A stretch of 31,120 bases of DNA from Acidobacteriota bacterium (GCA_036507075.1 DASXQR010000193.1:1-31120); one strand, 5' to 3'. Shown: positions 1 to 10,876, counted from the stretch's first letter. Notes: generated by a model from the letters alone, not told the origin. A program made the numbers and translations.

Positions 1-561
1 CTACCGCGGCCACAGCCATCCGAAGGTTCCGGCTGTCAGGAGCGCGTACACAAGTCCGTCAAACGTCGACTTGAGCGTGATACTCCATGCGCGCTTGTAC
101 CAAATCGAGTTCTGCCACAGCGCGGCCGAGTAGCCTAAAAACGCGGTGCAGCCCGCAAAGCGAAACACATCAAGGTACTCGGCTCCAGGCTCCAGCGCCC
201 GCCCGGTGACGTAGGCGGCAAACAGGCTGATTGCGATGCAGTAAAGAAACCAGAGTGCCAGGTTAGTGCCCATTGACGTTGAACCGCTTTTCATCACCGT
301 CATGAAGGCAATTGGCCCTGCCTTTCTCTTTTCGATAAAGCTCGGGTCCTTCATCTGCTTGGGACTTCGGACGCACGGGATCAGATAGTCGCCGGGCGGA
401 ATGCCAAACTTCCGAAGGGCTTCCATTACCTGATCTTCAGCAGGCACCTGGCCGTAGTCGCTGCGATGGTAAGGCAGCACCATATGGATAATGGAACTCG
501 CTACAAACACGATAATCGCCGACAGCAGAATCGGAGCCCACAATGACAATAGCGGAACCAT
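1..561 (-). CDS. Hypothetical integral membrane protein (about 4 TM segments)
   Basis: 186-aa ORF with hydrophobic stretches (WAPILLSAIIVFVASSIIHMVL, LALWFLYCIAISLFAAYV, GLVYALLTAGTFGWLWP); AAGGAGG RBS upstream of the ATG. Confidence 0.8.
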   Translation of the reverse strand: MVPLLSLWAPILLSAIIVFVASSIIHMVLPYHRSDYGQVPAEDQVMEALRKFGIPPGDYLIPCVRSPKQMKDPSFIEKRKAGPIAFMTVMKSGSTSMGTNLALWFLYCIAISLFAAYVTGRALEPGAEYLDVFRFAGCTAFLGYSAALWQNSIWYKRAWSITLKSTFDGLVYALLTAGTFGWLWPR

Positions 562-739
562 CTTCGCCTCCTTGTTGATTTATGAACCAAAGCTCTGCGT
601 TTTATCCTGTGCACTAAAAACACTTGATCACGCCAGTACCGGCAAGTATAGAGCAGATCGAAATTGCAAATGAATCGTGTTTCCAGCTCCAGTGCATTCA
701 TCTGCGCCGCGGGCTGGTAATTAATTCCAAAATCACGTA

Positions 740-2848
740 CTAGGGCGATTCCACTCGCCGCCTCATTTCCTCCACCTGCTTCTTCACTCGATCCATCAGA
801 CTTCTGAATCGCGCGTCCTCTTTGAGGTTTTCCAGGGTCGGATCGATGAGAGCAAACCTGTAGTTGCGAAAACCAGTGTCGACGGCTTTTTCAAGCCAGG
901 AGCAAGCTTCACCCGTATGCCCAAGGATGCTCTCCACAGCAGCCAGGTCATACCGGAGGTTGTAGGTCTCATCGCCCTGTTTCAGGTCTTCCTCATCGAG
1001 TTTCCGGCTTTGCTCCAGCAAGGCTCGAGCCCGACCTTGCTGCCCTGTCCTCCAGAGCGCCGACGCAAGACCGGTTAAGTACCGCGTCGGCGGCACCCAG
1101 CCGCGGCCTTCGGGATCGACGGCCAAGAGCCTGTCGTAATCCCGAAGGGCCTGGGCGTTATCATGTAACAGAATTTCTGCCGTCGCGGCAACGTGGAGGC
1201 CCGCGTTGTAATCGGCCGAAAACGGCAGGATTTTGCGGCTCTGGTCGAGAGCCTCGGAAACATTGCCTTGAGTCAGATGCCACCAGCTCACCCGCAAACG
1301 CACCTGATCCAAGTCGCGCTCCTTGGCAAGAGCCTCCTTGAACCATTCATTTGCTCTCGCGTCGTCGGCCAGAAACAGGTAGGCAAGCGCGATCTTGGAA
1401 GGCTGATACGTGCCGGACACAGGCTCCAAATCCAGCGATTTCTTCATCCATGGCAGAGCTTCATCGAATTTTCCCAGCACAAGATTGACATACCCGATGT
1501 TGCTGACCGCCGGCTCGAAATTGGGATTGATTTCAACTGCTTTGTGGAACCAATCGAGCGCGCGACGGTATTTCCCTTTCTGCATCTGAGAATAGCCGAG
1601 CGCCTTGTAGCCTTCAGCCAGGCGAGGGTCGATTGAGATCGCCTTCTCGGCCAGTCCCTCCGCCGTCTGGATCCAGTCGCGCTGATGGCCTAAAAGATAT
1701 ACTCGCTGAGAATAGCTGTCACTGAGGCCGGCATACGCAAGCGCGTAATTGGGGTCTGCCTCGAGCGCCTTCTTGAACATCGCAATGGCGTCGTCGTTGT
1801 CGATCCTTGTTGCCGAGTAGTAAGAGGCCCGGCCATTGAGGTAGCAATCATAGGCAGTGATACTGACGGTCTGTTTCTGTCCCAGTCTCTGCTGCTCGTT
1901 TGGAGAAAACCTGGCGCGCAGCGATCCCGCGACCCGTTGGGCGACCTCGCTCTGGATCTGAAATATGTCTCCCACAGGCCGGTCATAAACTTCCGCCCAC
2001 AAGTGAGTATCGGTCGAGGCATCAATCAGTTGGCTGGAGATGCGGACCTGGTTACCCTCGCGCCGGACCGTGCCTTCAAGAATTGTCTCGACGCCAAGTT
2101 CGCTGGCAATCTGTCTGAGGTTTTTGTTGCTGCTCTTGTAGGCCATGACGGAAGTACGCGAAACTACCTTCAAGCTGCCGATCCTGGAAAGCTGCGTGAT
2201 GATGTCGTCGGTAATCCCATCGCTAAAATACTCATTCGCCTTGTCCTGACTCAGATTCCTGAAGGGCAGGACCGCGATCGATTTCCCTTCGACGCCGCTG
2301 TCACGTCTCCCTGCGAAATGAAAGATCAGCGGTAGGCCAATGGCAGCCAGCATTACTGCACCCACCCATTTCATTCGCCGCCTCAAGCTCTCAGCTCCAG
2401 CGGGGCCGACGACCGCAGTCTGGCTTGGCGTCAGATCCGGCGGCTGGATAGCCTCATGTCGATCGGGTGTAATGTGCGGCGTCGCTGCCTGCAAAGAGTT
2501 TTCTTTCAAGCCGGTTTCGGATGGAATTTTTGTTTCGACGGGAGCGTGGAAAATATAGCCACGCCGGGCAATCGTTCTGATGTAGCGCTGCTGCGCGTCG
2601 TCCAGGGCACGCCGGACCTCAACCATGCACTGAACGAGGGAATCATCGGTGACGAAGGAATCGCGCCAGATGGCTTGGAGCACCTCGTCCTTGGTCACCA
2701 GACGGCCACGGTTCTCGACCAGGTATTTCAGGACCTCGAACGGCTTGGGCCGCAGCTTGATCTCCCGATCCGCCCGGCAAAGCCGGCACTGGCCCAAGTC
2801 GAGAGTAAATTCACCAAAGACGTAGTTTGGCGGGCCATTCTGGTCCAT
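740..2848 (-). CDS. Transmembrane regulator: OmpR/CadC-type winged helix + TM + TolB-like domain + TPR repeats
   Basis: N-terminal YVFGEFTLD..LRPKPFEVLKYLVEN..IRTIARRGYIF (Trans_reg_C-like); a TM helix; SIAVLPFRNLSQDKANEYFSDGITDDIITQLS (TolB-like motif); TPR motifs such as FKKALEADPNYALAYAGLSDSY. Confidence 0.9.
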   Translation of the reverse strand: MDQNGPPNYVFGEFTLDLGQCRLCRADREIKLRPKPFEVLKYLVENRGRLVTKDEVLQAIWRDSFVTDDSLVQCMVEVRRALDDAQQRYIRTIARRGYIFHAPVETKIPSETGLKENSLQAATPHITPDRHEAIQPPDLTPSQTAVVGPAGAESLRRRMKWVGAVMLAAIGLPLIFHFAGRRDSGVEGKSIAVLPFRNLSQDKANEYFSDGITDDIITQLSRIGSLKVVSRTSVMAYKSSNKNLRQIASELGVETILEGTVRREGNQVRISSQLIDASTDTHLWAEVYDRPVGDIFQIQSEVAQRVAGSLRARFSPNEQQRLGQKQTVSITAYDCYLNGRASYYSATRIDNDDAIAMFKKALEADPNYALAYAGLSDSYSQRVYLLGHQRDWIQTAEGLAEKAISIDPRLAEGYKALGYSQMQKGKYRRALDWFHKAVEINPNFEPAVSNIGYVNLVLGKFDEALPWMKKSLDLEPVSGTYQPSKIALAYLFLADDARANEWFKEALAKERDLDQVRLRVSWWHLTQGNVSEALDQSRKILPFSADYNAGLHVAATAEILLHDNAQALRDYDRLLAVDPEGRGWVPPTRYLTGLASALWRTGQQGRARALLEQSRKLDEEDLKQGDETYNLRYDLAAVESILGHTGEACSWLEKAVDTGFRNYRFALIDPTLENLKEDARFRSLMDRVKKQVEEMRRRVESP

Positions 2849-3068
2849 TTTGGGGAAAGGATCGTCGTTATTTCGTCGTTTCTTCGTTACACAATCGACA
2901 GTTAAGTATTAATTTGAGCGTCGATCTGGGCATCCAACCGGGATGCGCAATTATACAGCCTGTCATGGCCGGGGTGCCACGGCGCGCGGCAGGCTGAAAC
3001 TTCCGGTTGAGACGTTCCTGCATTGAATTTGCCGTTGAGAAAACAGTGCTATCCAAAGGAGGATACCC

Positions 3069-3782
3069 GTGCGCAAGACCATTCTGATTCTTGTTTTCCT
3101 ATTCACCACCGGCTGGGGCGCCTTTTCACTGAGCAGGGGCGCTGCGGCAAAAACGCCCGACTGGGCCTTCAACGCCACCGTGATCGAGGCGTGCAGTTGT
3201 CCCATGTTCTGCCAGTGCTACTTCAACACGCAGCCGGCGGCTCATCACACGCACGGCGGCGCGATGGAACATTTCTGCCGTGCTAATTTCGGCTACAAAG
3301 TCAATCGCGGTCATTTTGGGGACGTCAAGCTGGACGGCGCAAAGCTTTGGCTGGCTGGAGATTTGGGAGGCGACTTCTCACAAGGGCATGCAGACTGGCT
3401 GGAGGTTACGTTTGATCCTTCCGTAACCAAGCCGCAACGGGATGGGATCGTCACCATCTTGAATCACATTTACCCCTTTAAATGGGCTGCGGTCACTGTC
3501 GGTAAGGACGCGGCGGTTGAATGGTCTGCAACCAAGGATCGCGCCCAGGCGCGCCTCAATGGCGGCAAGAACGCCGAGATCGCGCTTCATCGAGGGCCCG
3601 GGATGACTGCCGATCCGGTGGTGATCAGGAACCTGCGTTACTTCGGGGCGCCCCGGAACGAGGGTTTCATTCTGATGCCAAATGATATTGAAGCTTACCG
3701 TGTTGGAGCGAAGCCGTTTGAATACAAAGGCACAAACGGTTTCATGATCACCGTCGATGCAACCTCGAGCGATTTCAAATAG
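3069..3782 (+). CDS. Secreted DUF1326-like Cys-motif protein
   Basis: GTG start with AAGGAGGA RBS; signal peptide; IEACSCPMFCQCYF motif; GHFGDVKLDG resembles DUF1326. Confidence 0.75.
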   Translation: MRKTILILVFLFTTGWGAFSLSRGAAAKTPDWAFNATVIEACSCPMFCQCYFNTQPAAHHTHGGAMEHFCRANFGYKVNRGHFGDVKLDGAKLWLAGDLGGDFSQGHADWLEVTFDPSVTKPQRDGIVTILNHIYPFKWAAVTVGKDAAVEWSATKDRAQARLNGGKNAEIALHRGPGMTADPVVIRNLRYFGAPRNEGFILMPNDIEAYRVGAKPFEYKGTNGFMITVDATSSDFK

Positions 3783-3806
3783 AATCGTCCGAGCGGTCAG
3801 GTCGAA

Positions 3807-3836
3807 TATCTGCGGGTATCAGCGGGTATCTGCGGC
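3807..3836. repeat. 10-bp tandem repeat x3 (TATCWGCGGS)
   Basis: tatctgcggg tatcagcggg tatctgcggc between the two DUF1326-like genes. Confidence 0.6.
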
Positions 3837-3897
3837 GAGCGGCGCGACATGAAACACCGGCGCCCGCCTCGCCGCCCCTGCGAGTGGGAGGAAATTC

Positions 3898-4572
3898 ATG
3901 GTGAGAAAACTCTTTAGCCTGTCCGTCACGCTCGTTTGCACGTTCAGCCTGTTTTTTGCCGCAGCAAAGACGTGGGACGTGGAGCTGGCGTTCATTGAAG
4001 CGTGCTCTTGTGAGCTCTTCTGCACCTGTTATTTCACAGGCCACCCTTCGCATCAGGGGACAGGAGCACACAACTGCAACTTCAACATTGCGGCAAGAGT
4101 CAATCGCGGCAGGTATGGCAGCACCGATCTGGCAGGCGTGAAGTTCTGGATGTCAGGGGACCTGGGGCACGACTTGATGCATGGACGCGGGGACCGGCTC
4201 ATCATGACGTTTGACCCCGGCGCTTCCAGCCAACAACGCGAGGGGGTGACGGCCGCAATGTCCAGAATCTATCCGCTGCAGTGGAATTCTGTCACCACCG
4301 ATGAGTCCTCCATCCTGTGGGAGATTTCACCGGACGGCAAGCGGGCCCATGCAAAACTGGCGAACGGGAAGGGCGAGGTCACGCTCACTCGCTATGTGGG
4401 CCGCGACCCGCACACACCCACAGAAATTCGCAATTTGAAATATTTTGGCGCCGACTGGAACTCGCCTTTCGCTCTTTATTATTCCGATCACTACTACAAC
4501 GGATTCGGCCAACGCTACCGGCTTGAAAAGGCCGCCGGCTTCACCATTATCCTGCGGGCCTCCGGAAAGTAG
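3898..4572 (+). CDS. Secreted DUF1326-like Cys-motif protein (paralog of 3069..3782)
   Basis: GGGAGG RBS; signal peptide; IEACSCELFCTCYF; shares W.[AS]GDLG.D, TFDP and IRNL.YFGA with the upstream paralog. Confidence 0.75.
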   Translation: MVRKLFSLSVTLVCTFSLFFAAAKTWDVELAFIEACSCELFCTCYFTGHPSHQGTGAHNCNFNIAARVNRGRYGSTDLAGVKFWMSGDLGHDLMHGRGDRLIMTFDPGASSQQREGVTAAMSRIYPLQWNSVTTDESSILWEISPDGKRAHAKLANGKGEVTLTRYVGRDPHTPTEIRNLKYFGADWNSPFALYYSDHYYNGFGQRYRLEKAAGFTIILRASGK

Positions 4573-4747
4573 ACAGCCGCTCGCGCGGCATGGTGTTGCC
4601 CAATCAGCATTACTCAAGACAACTGCTTCGCGGGAACGGTCTTCCGCCGTCGCCGCCTGACCCCATAAAGTGTTTCAATTCCCACACAGGTGGCTTAGAA
4701 TCGCACCAGCCAGGCAGTTTTCCCTTCGAACAAAGAACCGAGGTCAC

Positions 4748-7700
4748 ATGAAAACCAATCTTTTCACAACCGCTCTTGTTTTTTGTGTTGTCGTCTTACT
4801 TCCTTGTCATGCCCATGCGCAGTCGTTCACGGCGAACATCACCGGAACGGTCAGCGATCCCAGTGGAGCGGTGATTCCCGGCGTAGAGGTCACGATCACT
4901 CAGGTTCAAACCAATAACCAGGTGATCGCGGTAACGAATGACCAGGGGCGATACACCTCGGTGCCGCTCAACGTTGGCGAGTATCGCCTTGAGGCCCAGC
5001 TTCCTGGATTCAAAAGAGCGATTCGGACAGGGATTGTCCTGCAGATCCAGCAGACAGCAGTGGTTGACTTCATCCTGGAGGTAGGAGAAGTCGCCGAACA
5101 GGTAATTGTGAAGGCAGAAGCACCGCTGCTGGAAGCGACCACTTCGTCGGTGGGCAAAGTCGTAGATAATCGCCGGATCGTCGATCTTCCCTTGAATACG
5201 CGTAATGTGTACTCCCTTATCTTTTTGACACCCGGGGTCACCGGCAGCATCGGCTTCAATTATGGTGATATGCGCTATTCAGTAAACGGCGCGCGGAACC
5301 GAATGCTGGACACGCTGATCGACGGAGTGTCCGCCTCCCACCCGACAGTGAACGGTGGCGGAGGAATTTCGGTGTTTCCTTCTGTAGACGCGATCGAGGA
5401 ATTCAAGGTAATGGGGTCGAATTACCCCGCCGAGTTCGGACGGAGCCAGGGTTCGGTGCTGAATGTGGTTTTCAAGTCGGGCGGGAACCAGCTGCACGGC
5501 AGCGCTTTTGAGTTTTTGAGGAACTCCGTGCTGGACGCGAACAATTTCTTCAACAACCGCCGCGGCTTTCCTCTGGGGAGCTTTAAAAGAAGCCAGTTCG
5601 GCGGAACGATTTCCGGCCCGATTAAGGCGGATCGCACTTTCTTCATGGGAGCCTATGAAGGTCTGCGAGAAAGAAGCTTCACCACCACCACTCTTACCGT
5701 CCCTACAGCCCTTGAGCGTCAGGGAGATTTCTCCAAAACCGTTGCTGCCAACGGGCAGGTGATTCGCATCTTTGATCCATTCACGACGCGAGCCAACCCG
5801 AGCGGCTCGGGGTTTATCCGCGACCAGTTTGGCGGCAACGTGATTCCCGCAGCACGCTTCGATCCGGTCGCCCTGAACGTTCTCAAATACTTTCCGCTGC
5901 CCAATACCCCGAGCGGCATCACCAATCAAAGCAATTACAGCAGCAGCGGTTCCCGCTCCGTCAATCTTGACCAGTTTGACGTTCGCGTGGATCACAACAT
6001 TTCGAGTAATCGAAAGTTCTTTGCCCGTTATTCGCGGCGGTTGATTGAAGATATTCCGCCGGTCCTGTTTCCCCATGATCTGGCGATTGCCGAAGGTCGC
6101 GTCAACCAGGAAGATCACGTGCACGGCGGTGTGGCCGATTACACGCAGACGCTCTCGCCCACCACGGTATTTTCGGGACGGCTTGGTTTTTCGCGGACAT
6201 TGTTCATATTCAACAATCAGGGACTGGGATTTGTTCCTTCCTCACTCGGGTTGCCCAAAGCGATCGATTCGGCGGTGGATCGTCAGATGTTCCCGCGCTT
6301 CAATGCCACCGGGTATACGAGCCTGGGTGGGAACGATCATCGATATAACGCGTTTATGAACTATACAGCGTTGGCGAACCTTGCGAAGGTGATGGGCGCG
6401 CACAGCTTGAAAACAGGTTTTGAAGGACGCATGATTCGAGTCAACGTGTGGGAAGCGCGGGACGCGGGATCATTCAGTTTCTCCGCCGGCTTCACGCAGG
6501 GGCCGAATCCCAATCAGGCGAGTTCCACCGCGGGAAACAGCATCGCCTCGCTGCTTCTCGGTACGGGCAGCTCGGGGAACCTGATTCAAAACTGGAAGAA
6601 TGTCGCAGCGCAGAGCTTCTACTACGCCGGGTTCATCCAGGACGACTGGAGAGTCACATCGAAACTGACATTCAACCTTGGATTGCGGTACGACATTGAG
6701 ATTCCGCGCACTGAGCGCTTCAATCGCATGAACTACTTTGATCCGGCGGCGCGTTCCCCGCTGGCGGACAAAGTGCCGCAGTTTTCAGATCTTCGTGGTG
6801 GAGTGGTTTTCGTGGGCGTCGACGGTAATAGCCGCTCTCAGTTCATTACCGACAAGAACAACTTCGCTCCCCGAATAGGCCTCGCATACCGCTTCAATAA
6901 CCGCACCGTGGTGCGCGCAGGCTACGGACATATTTATGGTCTTTCATCTCAGGCGGCCCAGGGAACGATTGGACCCTTCGGGTTTCGAACCGAGAGTTCG
7001 TGGCTGACATCGCTGGACGGTATCACGCCGTTTACCCTGCTGCGTGATCCATACCCGCAGGGATTTCGCCCCTCTCCAGGAGCTTCCGAAGGGCTGCTGA
7101 CACAAGTTGGCGGGCGACTGGAGGCCGTGCTTCGCGAAACAGCGACGCCCTGGACGCAGCAATGGAACCTCACGGTTCAGCGGGAGCTTCCCTCCGAGAT
7201 TCTGATGGAGGTGGCATACGTCGGCACGCGGGGACTTCAGCTCTCGCGCAACGGCGAAGGTGGGTTGACGTTGAATCAGCTCGACCCCAGGCATATGGCG
7301 CTGGAATCGAAACTGAATGAGTTGGTTGATAATCCCTTCTTTGGAATTGTTAACAGCGGCGCTCTGGTAAATCGGCGCATCAGCCGCGCTCAGCTCCTGC
7401 GGCCTTACCCGCAGTTTACCGATATTATTCCGTTGTTCTCCAGCGGGTCCTCTTCCATTTACCATGCGCTGCAGGTGACCGGCAGCAAGAGACTGACACG
7501 CGGGCTGCAGTTTGAAGGCTCGTACACATGGTCTAAAAACATAGACGATGGAGAAAGTCATCAGAACAGTTACAACGTCGTATCGAGTCGCTCGCTTTCC
7601 GAGATCGATCTCTCTCATCGCTTCGTCATGAGCTACATATACGAGCTTCCTTTTGGCAAAGGCAAGCGCTTCGGCGGGGACAGCTCGAGCTGGGTTGATG

Positions 7701-8161
7701 CCCTGCTGGGTGGATGGCAGATCAACGGCATTACCACGTTCCAATCGGGAACTCCGCTTTCCATTTCTGCCAATAATACCGCGGGTGTGTTTAGTCAGGC
7801 GATACGCGCCAATAGCAAGGGTAAAAGCGGCAAGCTCACAACACCGATTCACCAGAGACTGGACGCTTATTTCGACACAACGGCATTTGCTCAGCCTTTG
7901 GCCTTCACCTTCGGCAACCTCTCACCGCGCCTTCCGGACATACGAAACGACGGAGTGCGCAACTTTGACCTTTCGCTGTTCAAGCAATTTGCTCTGGTGG
8001 AACGAGTGCGGGCTCAATTCCGAGTAGAAGCGCTGAATGCTTTCAATACCCCGCGATTTGGATCGCCCAATACCAGCGTGACCTCGTCTTCTTTTGGCGT
8101 AATCACTTCGCAGGCGAACTCTCCGCGCCAGATTCAGATGGGTCTGAAGCTGTTGTGGTAA
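4748..8161 (+). CDS. TonB-dependent receptor with N-terminal carboxypeptidase regulatory-like domain (acidobacterial type)
   Basis: Start placed at ATG 4748 (GAGG RBS, signal peptide ending AHAQ). Motifs [77 protein letters not shown]-terminal [12 protein letters not shown]. Confidence 0.93.
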   Translation: MKTNLFTTALVFCVVVLLPCHAHAQSFTANITGTVSDPSGAVIPGVEVTITQVQTNNQVIAVTNDQGRYTSVPLNVGEYRLEAQLPGFKRAIRTGIVLQIQQTAVVDFILEVGEVAEQVIVKAEAPLLEATTSSVGKVVDNRRIVDLPLNTRNVYSLIFLTPGVTGSIGFNYGDMRYSVNGARNRMLDTLIDGVSASHPTVNGGGGISVFPSVDAIEEFKVMGSNYPAEFGRSQGSVLNVVFKSGGNQLHGSAFEFLRNSVLDANNFFNNRRGFPLGSFKRSQFGGTISGPIKADRTFFMGAYEGLRERSFTTTTLTVPTALERQGDFSKTVAANGQVIRIFDPFTTRANPSGSGFIRDQFGGNVIPAARFDPVALNVLKYFPLPNTPSGITNQSNYSSSGSRSVNLDQFDVRVDHNISSNRKFFARYSRRLIEDIPPVLFPHDLAIAEGRVNQEDHVHGGVADYTQTLSPTTVFSGRLGFSRTLFIFNNQGLGFVPSSLGLPKAIDSAVDRQMFPRFNATGYTSLGGNDHRYNAFMNYTALANLAKVMGAHSLKTGFEGRMIRVNVWEARDAGSFSFSAGFTQGPNPNQASSTAGNSIASLLLGTGSSGNLIQNWKNVAAQSFYYAGFIQDDWRVTSKLTFNLGLRYDIEIPRTERFNRMNYFDPAARSPLADKVPQFSDLRGGVVFVGVDGNSRSQFITDKNNFAPRIGLAYRFNNRTVVRAGYGHIYGLSSQAAQGTIGPFGFRTESSWLTSLDGITPFTLLRDPYPQGFRPSPGASEGLLTQVGGRLEAVLRETATPWTQQWNLTVQRELPSEILMEVAYVGTRGLQLSRNGEGGLTLNQLDPRHMALESKLNELVDNPFFGIVNSGALVNRRISRAQLLRPYPQFTDIIPLFSSGSSSIYHALQVTGSKRLTRGLQFEGSYTWSKNIDDGESHQNSYNVVSSRSLSEIDLSHRFVMSYIYELPFGKGKRFGGDSSSWVDALLGGWQINGITTFQSGTPLSISANNTAGVFSQAIRANSKGKSGKLTTPIHQRLDAYFDTTAFAQPLAFTFGNLSPRLPDIRNDGVRNFDLSLFKQFALVERVRAQFRVEALNAFNTPRFGSPNTSVTSSSFGVITSQANSPRQIQMGLKLLW

Positions 8162-8195
8162 TTGCGCTGGACGGGTGAAAAATCCCCCTGGCATA

Positions 8196-8304
8196 GGCGC
8201 AGCAGAGCTGCGCCGTAGCGACGCGGCATGCCGCGTCAGAGCAGGGCCGCGACATGTCGCGGCCAGCCAGCCAACGGGAGACGGGGTCGCGACATATCGC
8301 GGCC
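8196..8304. repeat. Cluster of GTAG-family REP-like palindromes
   Basis: Hairpin GGCGCAGC-AGA-GCTGCGCC (8196-8214); GTAGCGACGCGGCATGCCGCGTC (8215-8237); perfect palindrome GGCCGCGACATGTCGCGGCC (8245-8264); variant at 8286-8304. Related copies at 10302, 10761 and 19321. Confidence 0.75.
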
Positions 8305-8688
8305 AGGGCCTGCTTCGCAGGCCACAGTACCGCGGGCGTAAGCCGTGGCAAGCCACTCTTCAAGGCTCGTCCGATCCCTTGCCACGCATCACCATGAGAG
8401 AGTCGGGTAGCGTGCGCGATTTGCTTGCCGCGGCTGACGCCCGGGTACTGATGATGGAGATCGGTTGTCGCGCGGTGAATTCCGACGCCATGCTCTACAC
8501 CCAGAATGTCCAAACTCCAGAGCGAGGCTTGCCCCGCCGATACCTGCTCCCACCACCTCTCCCGAGGCTATGCCTCGGAAATGCACAGCTAAAGAAAAAA
8601 GGATGGGTGACTGCACCGGCGAGGCAAGCCTCGCCGCCCGAATGCGGCGGCTGAGCCGCCGGTGTCACGGTTATGCTAGGATGGCCGC

Positions 8689-10215
8689 ATGATTCGAATA
8701 CGGCGCGCAGTTGTCCTGTTTTTGACGATCCTGCTGAGTTTAGCACTGCTGTTTCCACAAGCGGCGCAGCGTGAGCGCTTCGCTCAGATGTTTGCGCGCG
8801 CGTACTTTCCCGGTCGCAGTGGACAGATCTTCATTGTGCCCCGTCGCAACGATGTGATCGTGCGGGGGACCGAAGACCTGCAATACATGCACGGCTCGCC
8901 CTGGGAGTACGACGTGCACATCCCGCTGCTGTTCTACGGTCCGGCCTTTATCCGCAAAGGCGTCTTTTCTTCGGCGCGGCTGCAGGATGTGGTGCCGACG
9001 CTGGCGCGTCTGATCAGAGTGCATCGCGATTCGGATGGCCAGGCGCTCGCACAGATCCTGCAGCCGCGCCGCCGCGCGCCCCGTGTCATTGCAACGGTCA
9101 TGGTCGACGCCGGCCGCTACGATTACTTTGACCGGTTCGCGCGGCAGTTGCCCGCCTTCAGCCGGCTGCGCAGCAAGGGAGCGTGGTTTACGGGATGCCG
9201 CCTGAACTACATTCCGACTGTGACCGCGGTGGCCCACAGCGTCGTCGGATCCGGTTACGATCCGCGGCGGACAGGAATCGTTGTCAATTCGGTCTACTCG
9301 AACTCCACGGGCAAGTACGAGGCCATCTGGCCGAAGAATTCGCCGGTCAATCTTCAGACGCCGACGCTGGCTGATCAGTGGAACCTGCAGACCGAAGGAA
9401 AGTCCATCATCATCGCCCAGGGCGGTGTGTTCTATGCAGCCGGCAGTATGGTGGGACACGGCGGCTGCCTGCACAACGCAAAGAAGGTTATTGCCTACGG
9501 ATATGGAGACAGTTCTGGTGTGTTTGAGAGCGACCCGTCCTGTTATGTCATTCCCGATTACCTGCAAAAGATGAACGCCCGCGATTATTGGGAACGGGCC
9601 GGCGGAAAATGGATGGGCCACGACGTGGCCTCGCCGCGCAAATTCCGGCCCTCAGCCCTCTTCGGCGAATTCGAGTCCGACAGCCTGCAGAAAACTCTCG
9701 AGGCAGAATCGATCGGGCAGGATGAAATCACCGACCTTGTTTTCGTCAATTTCAAAACGCTTGACTACGTTGGCCATAAGTTCGGACCCGATTCTCCCGA
9801 GATTGCCGGGTCGATGCCCGTGCTCAACCGGTTTTTCGAACGACTAATCGCCGTTCTGGAGAAAAAGGCGGGCGCCGATGGATTTGTCCTGGTCGTGACG
9901 GCCGATCACGGAATGCCGCCGGCTCCCGAACCACTCGGTCATCTGCGCGTGCGCGAAGCCGACTTTCTTAAAACCGTCCGCGATAAGTTCGACACCAATA
10001 ACAACGGCAAAGAATTATTTCTGGCGTTCCAGGATTCGAACCTGCAATTCGTCGTTGACCAGGAAGAACTGAGGCTGCTGGGGCTGACGCTCAAGGATAT
10101 CACTTCTTATTTGGAGACACTCGATTCGGTGGAATACGCCTATACGGAAGAGGAAATACGCGAGGCTCTCGGAAGAATCATTGCAAGCGAGTCCAAAGCG
10201 CCAATTCCGGAGTAG
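8689..10215 (+). CDS. Alkaline phosphatase superfamily protein (PafA/NPP-like), circularly permuted
   Basis: Signal peptide; VMVDAGRYDY (metal Asp), YIPTVTAVAHS (Thr nucleophile), DYVGHKFGP, TADHG. The normally C-terminal MHGSPWEYDVHIPLLFYG..DVVPTLA block sits at the N-terminus. Confidence 0.85.
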   Translation: MIRIRRAVVLFLTILLSLALLFPQAAQRERFAQMFARAYFPGRSGQIFIVPRRNDVIVRGTEDLQYMHGSPWEYDVHIPLLFYGPAFIRKGVFSSARLQDVVPTLARLIRVHRDSDGQALAQILQPRRRAPRVIATVMVDAGRYDYFDRFARQLPAFSRLRSKGAWFTGCRLNYIPTVTAVAHSVVGSGYDPRRTGIVVNSVYSNSTGKYEAIWPKNSPVNLQTPTLADQWNLQTEGKSIIIAQGGVFYAAGSMVGHGGCLHNAKKVIAYGYGDSSGVFESDPSCYVIPDYLQKMNARDYWERAGGKWMGHDVASPRKFRPSALFGEFESDSLQKTLEAESIGQDEITDLVFVNFKTLDYVGHKFGPDSPEIAGSMPVLNRFFERLIAVLEKKAGADGFVLVVTADHGMPPAPEPLGHLRVREADFLKTVRDKFDTNNNGKELFLAFQDSNLQFVVDQEELRLLGLTLKDITSYLETLDSVEYAYTEEEIREALGRIIASESKAPIPE

Positions 10216-10301
10216 AACTGGCGCGGATTGATCCACGACGACTGAGGCTCTTCGCAACTTTCGTGGAGACGGCCTGGGGCGATTCTTGAACACTTGATGA
10301 C

Positions 10302-10809
10302 GTAGCGACGCGGCAAGCTGCGTCCTGGAGTTTCTACATTTTTGTGAGCGGAGAGACGGCCTGAGGGCCGTCTCTCCTTTGGCTGCTTACAGCGGGCGCT
10401 GCTTGGCAGCGTTACTGTAGAGACGCCCGGTGCGGCCCCCGGTGTGGGGCGCCTCCAGGCCGCTTCCAGCGGCCTTTCCCGAAGGGTTCCAGCCCCGGCC
10501 TTCCCAGGCCGGGGGATAAAACGCCATCCCATCATTTGTCTTCAAGGCCGGTTCACCGGCCTTCCCATGTGGCCGGCCTCAAGGCCAGCGGGGCAGAAGA
10601 AGTAAGGCCGTTAAAACGGCCTCGGATTCTGGCGGTTGCGCTGACGCTTTGCACCCCGGCCTGGGAAGGCCGGGGCTGAAACCCTTCGGGAAAGGCCGCT
10701 GGAAGCGGCCTCCGAGACGGCCCACAGGCCGCCTCTCCTGGGCGCGATAAATCGCGCTTTGATGCGGCATGCCGCGTCAGAGCTCAGACGCGACATGTCG
10801 CGTCGCTAC
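10302..10809. repeat. Nested REP/REPIN-like inverted-repeat element between convergent genes
   Basis: Outer inverted GTAGCGACGCG REPs (10302-10324 on +, ending 10809 on -); GAGACGGCC..GGCCGYCTCTCC hairpins (about 10350 and 10712); 58-bp arms 10457-10514 and 10654-10711 with one mismatch. Confidence 0.85.
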
Positions 10810-10816
10810 GTGCCGC

Positions 10817-10852
10817 AAAAAAAGAGCCGCGCGGAAAAAACCGCGCGGCCCT
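10817..10852 (-). terminator. Rho-independent terminator of the minus-strand TonB receptor gene
   Basis: Stem GCCGCGCGG / CCGCGCGGC around a 6-nt loop, followed on the minus strand by a T7 run; about 25 bp past the stop at 10877. Confidence 0.8.
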
Positions 10853-10876
10853 TCGACCTTCGGGGAGAAGGCGCGA

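Noticed and set aside
8175..8654. 159-aa ORF with a segment (VRDLLAAADARVL) faintly like a glycosyltransferase
   Set aside because: It is largely built from REP palindromes and has no complete motif; a gene remnant cannot be supported without BLASTX.
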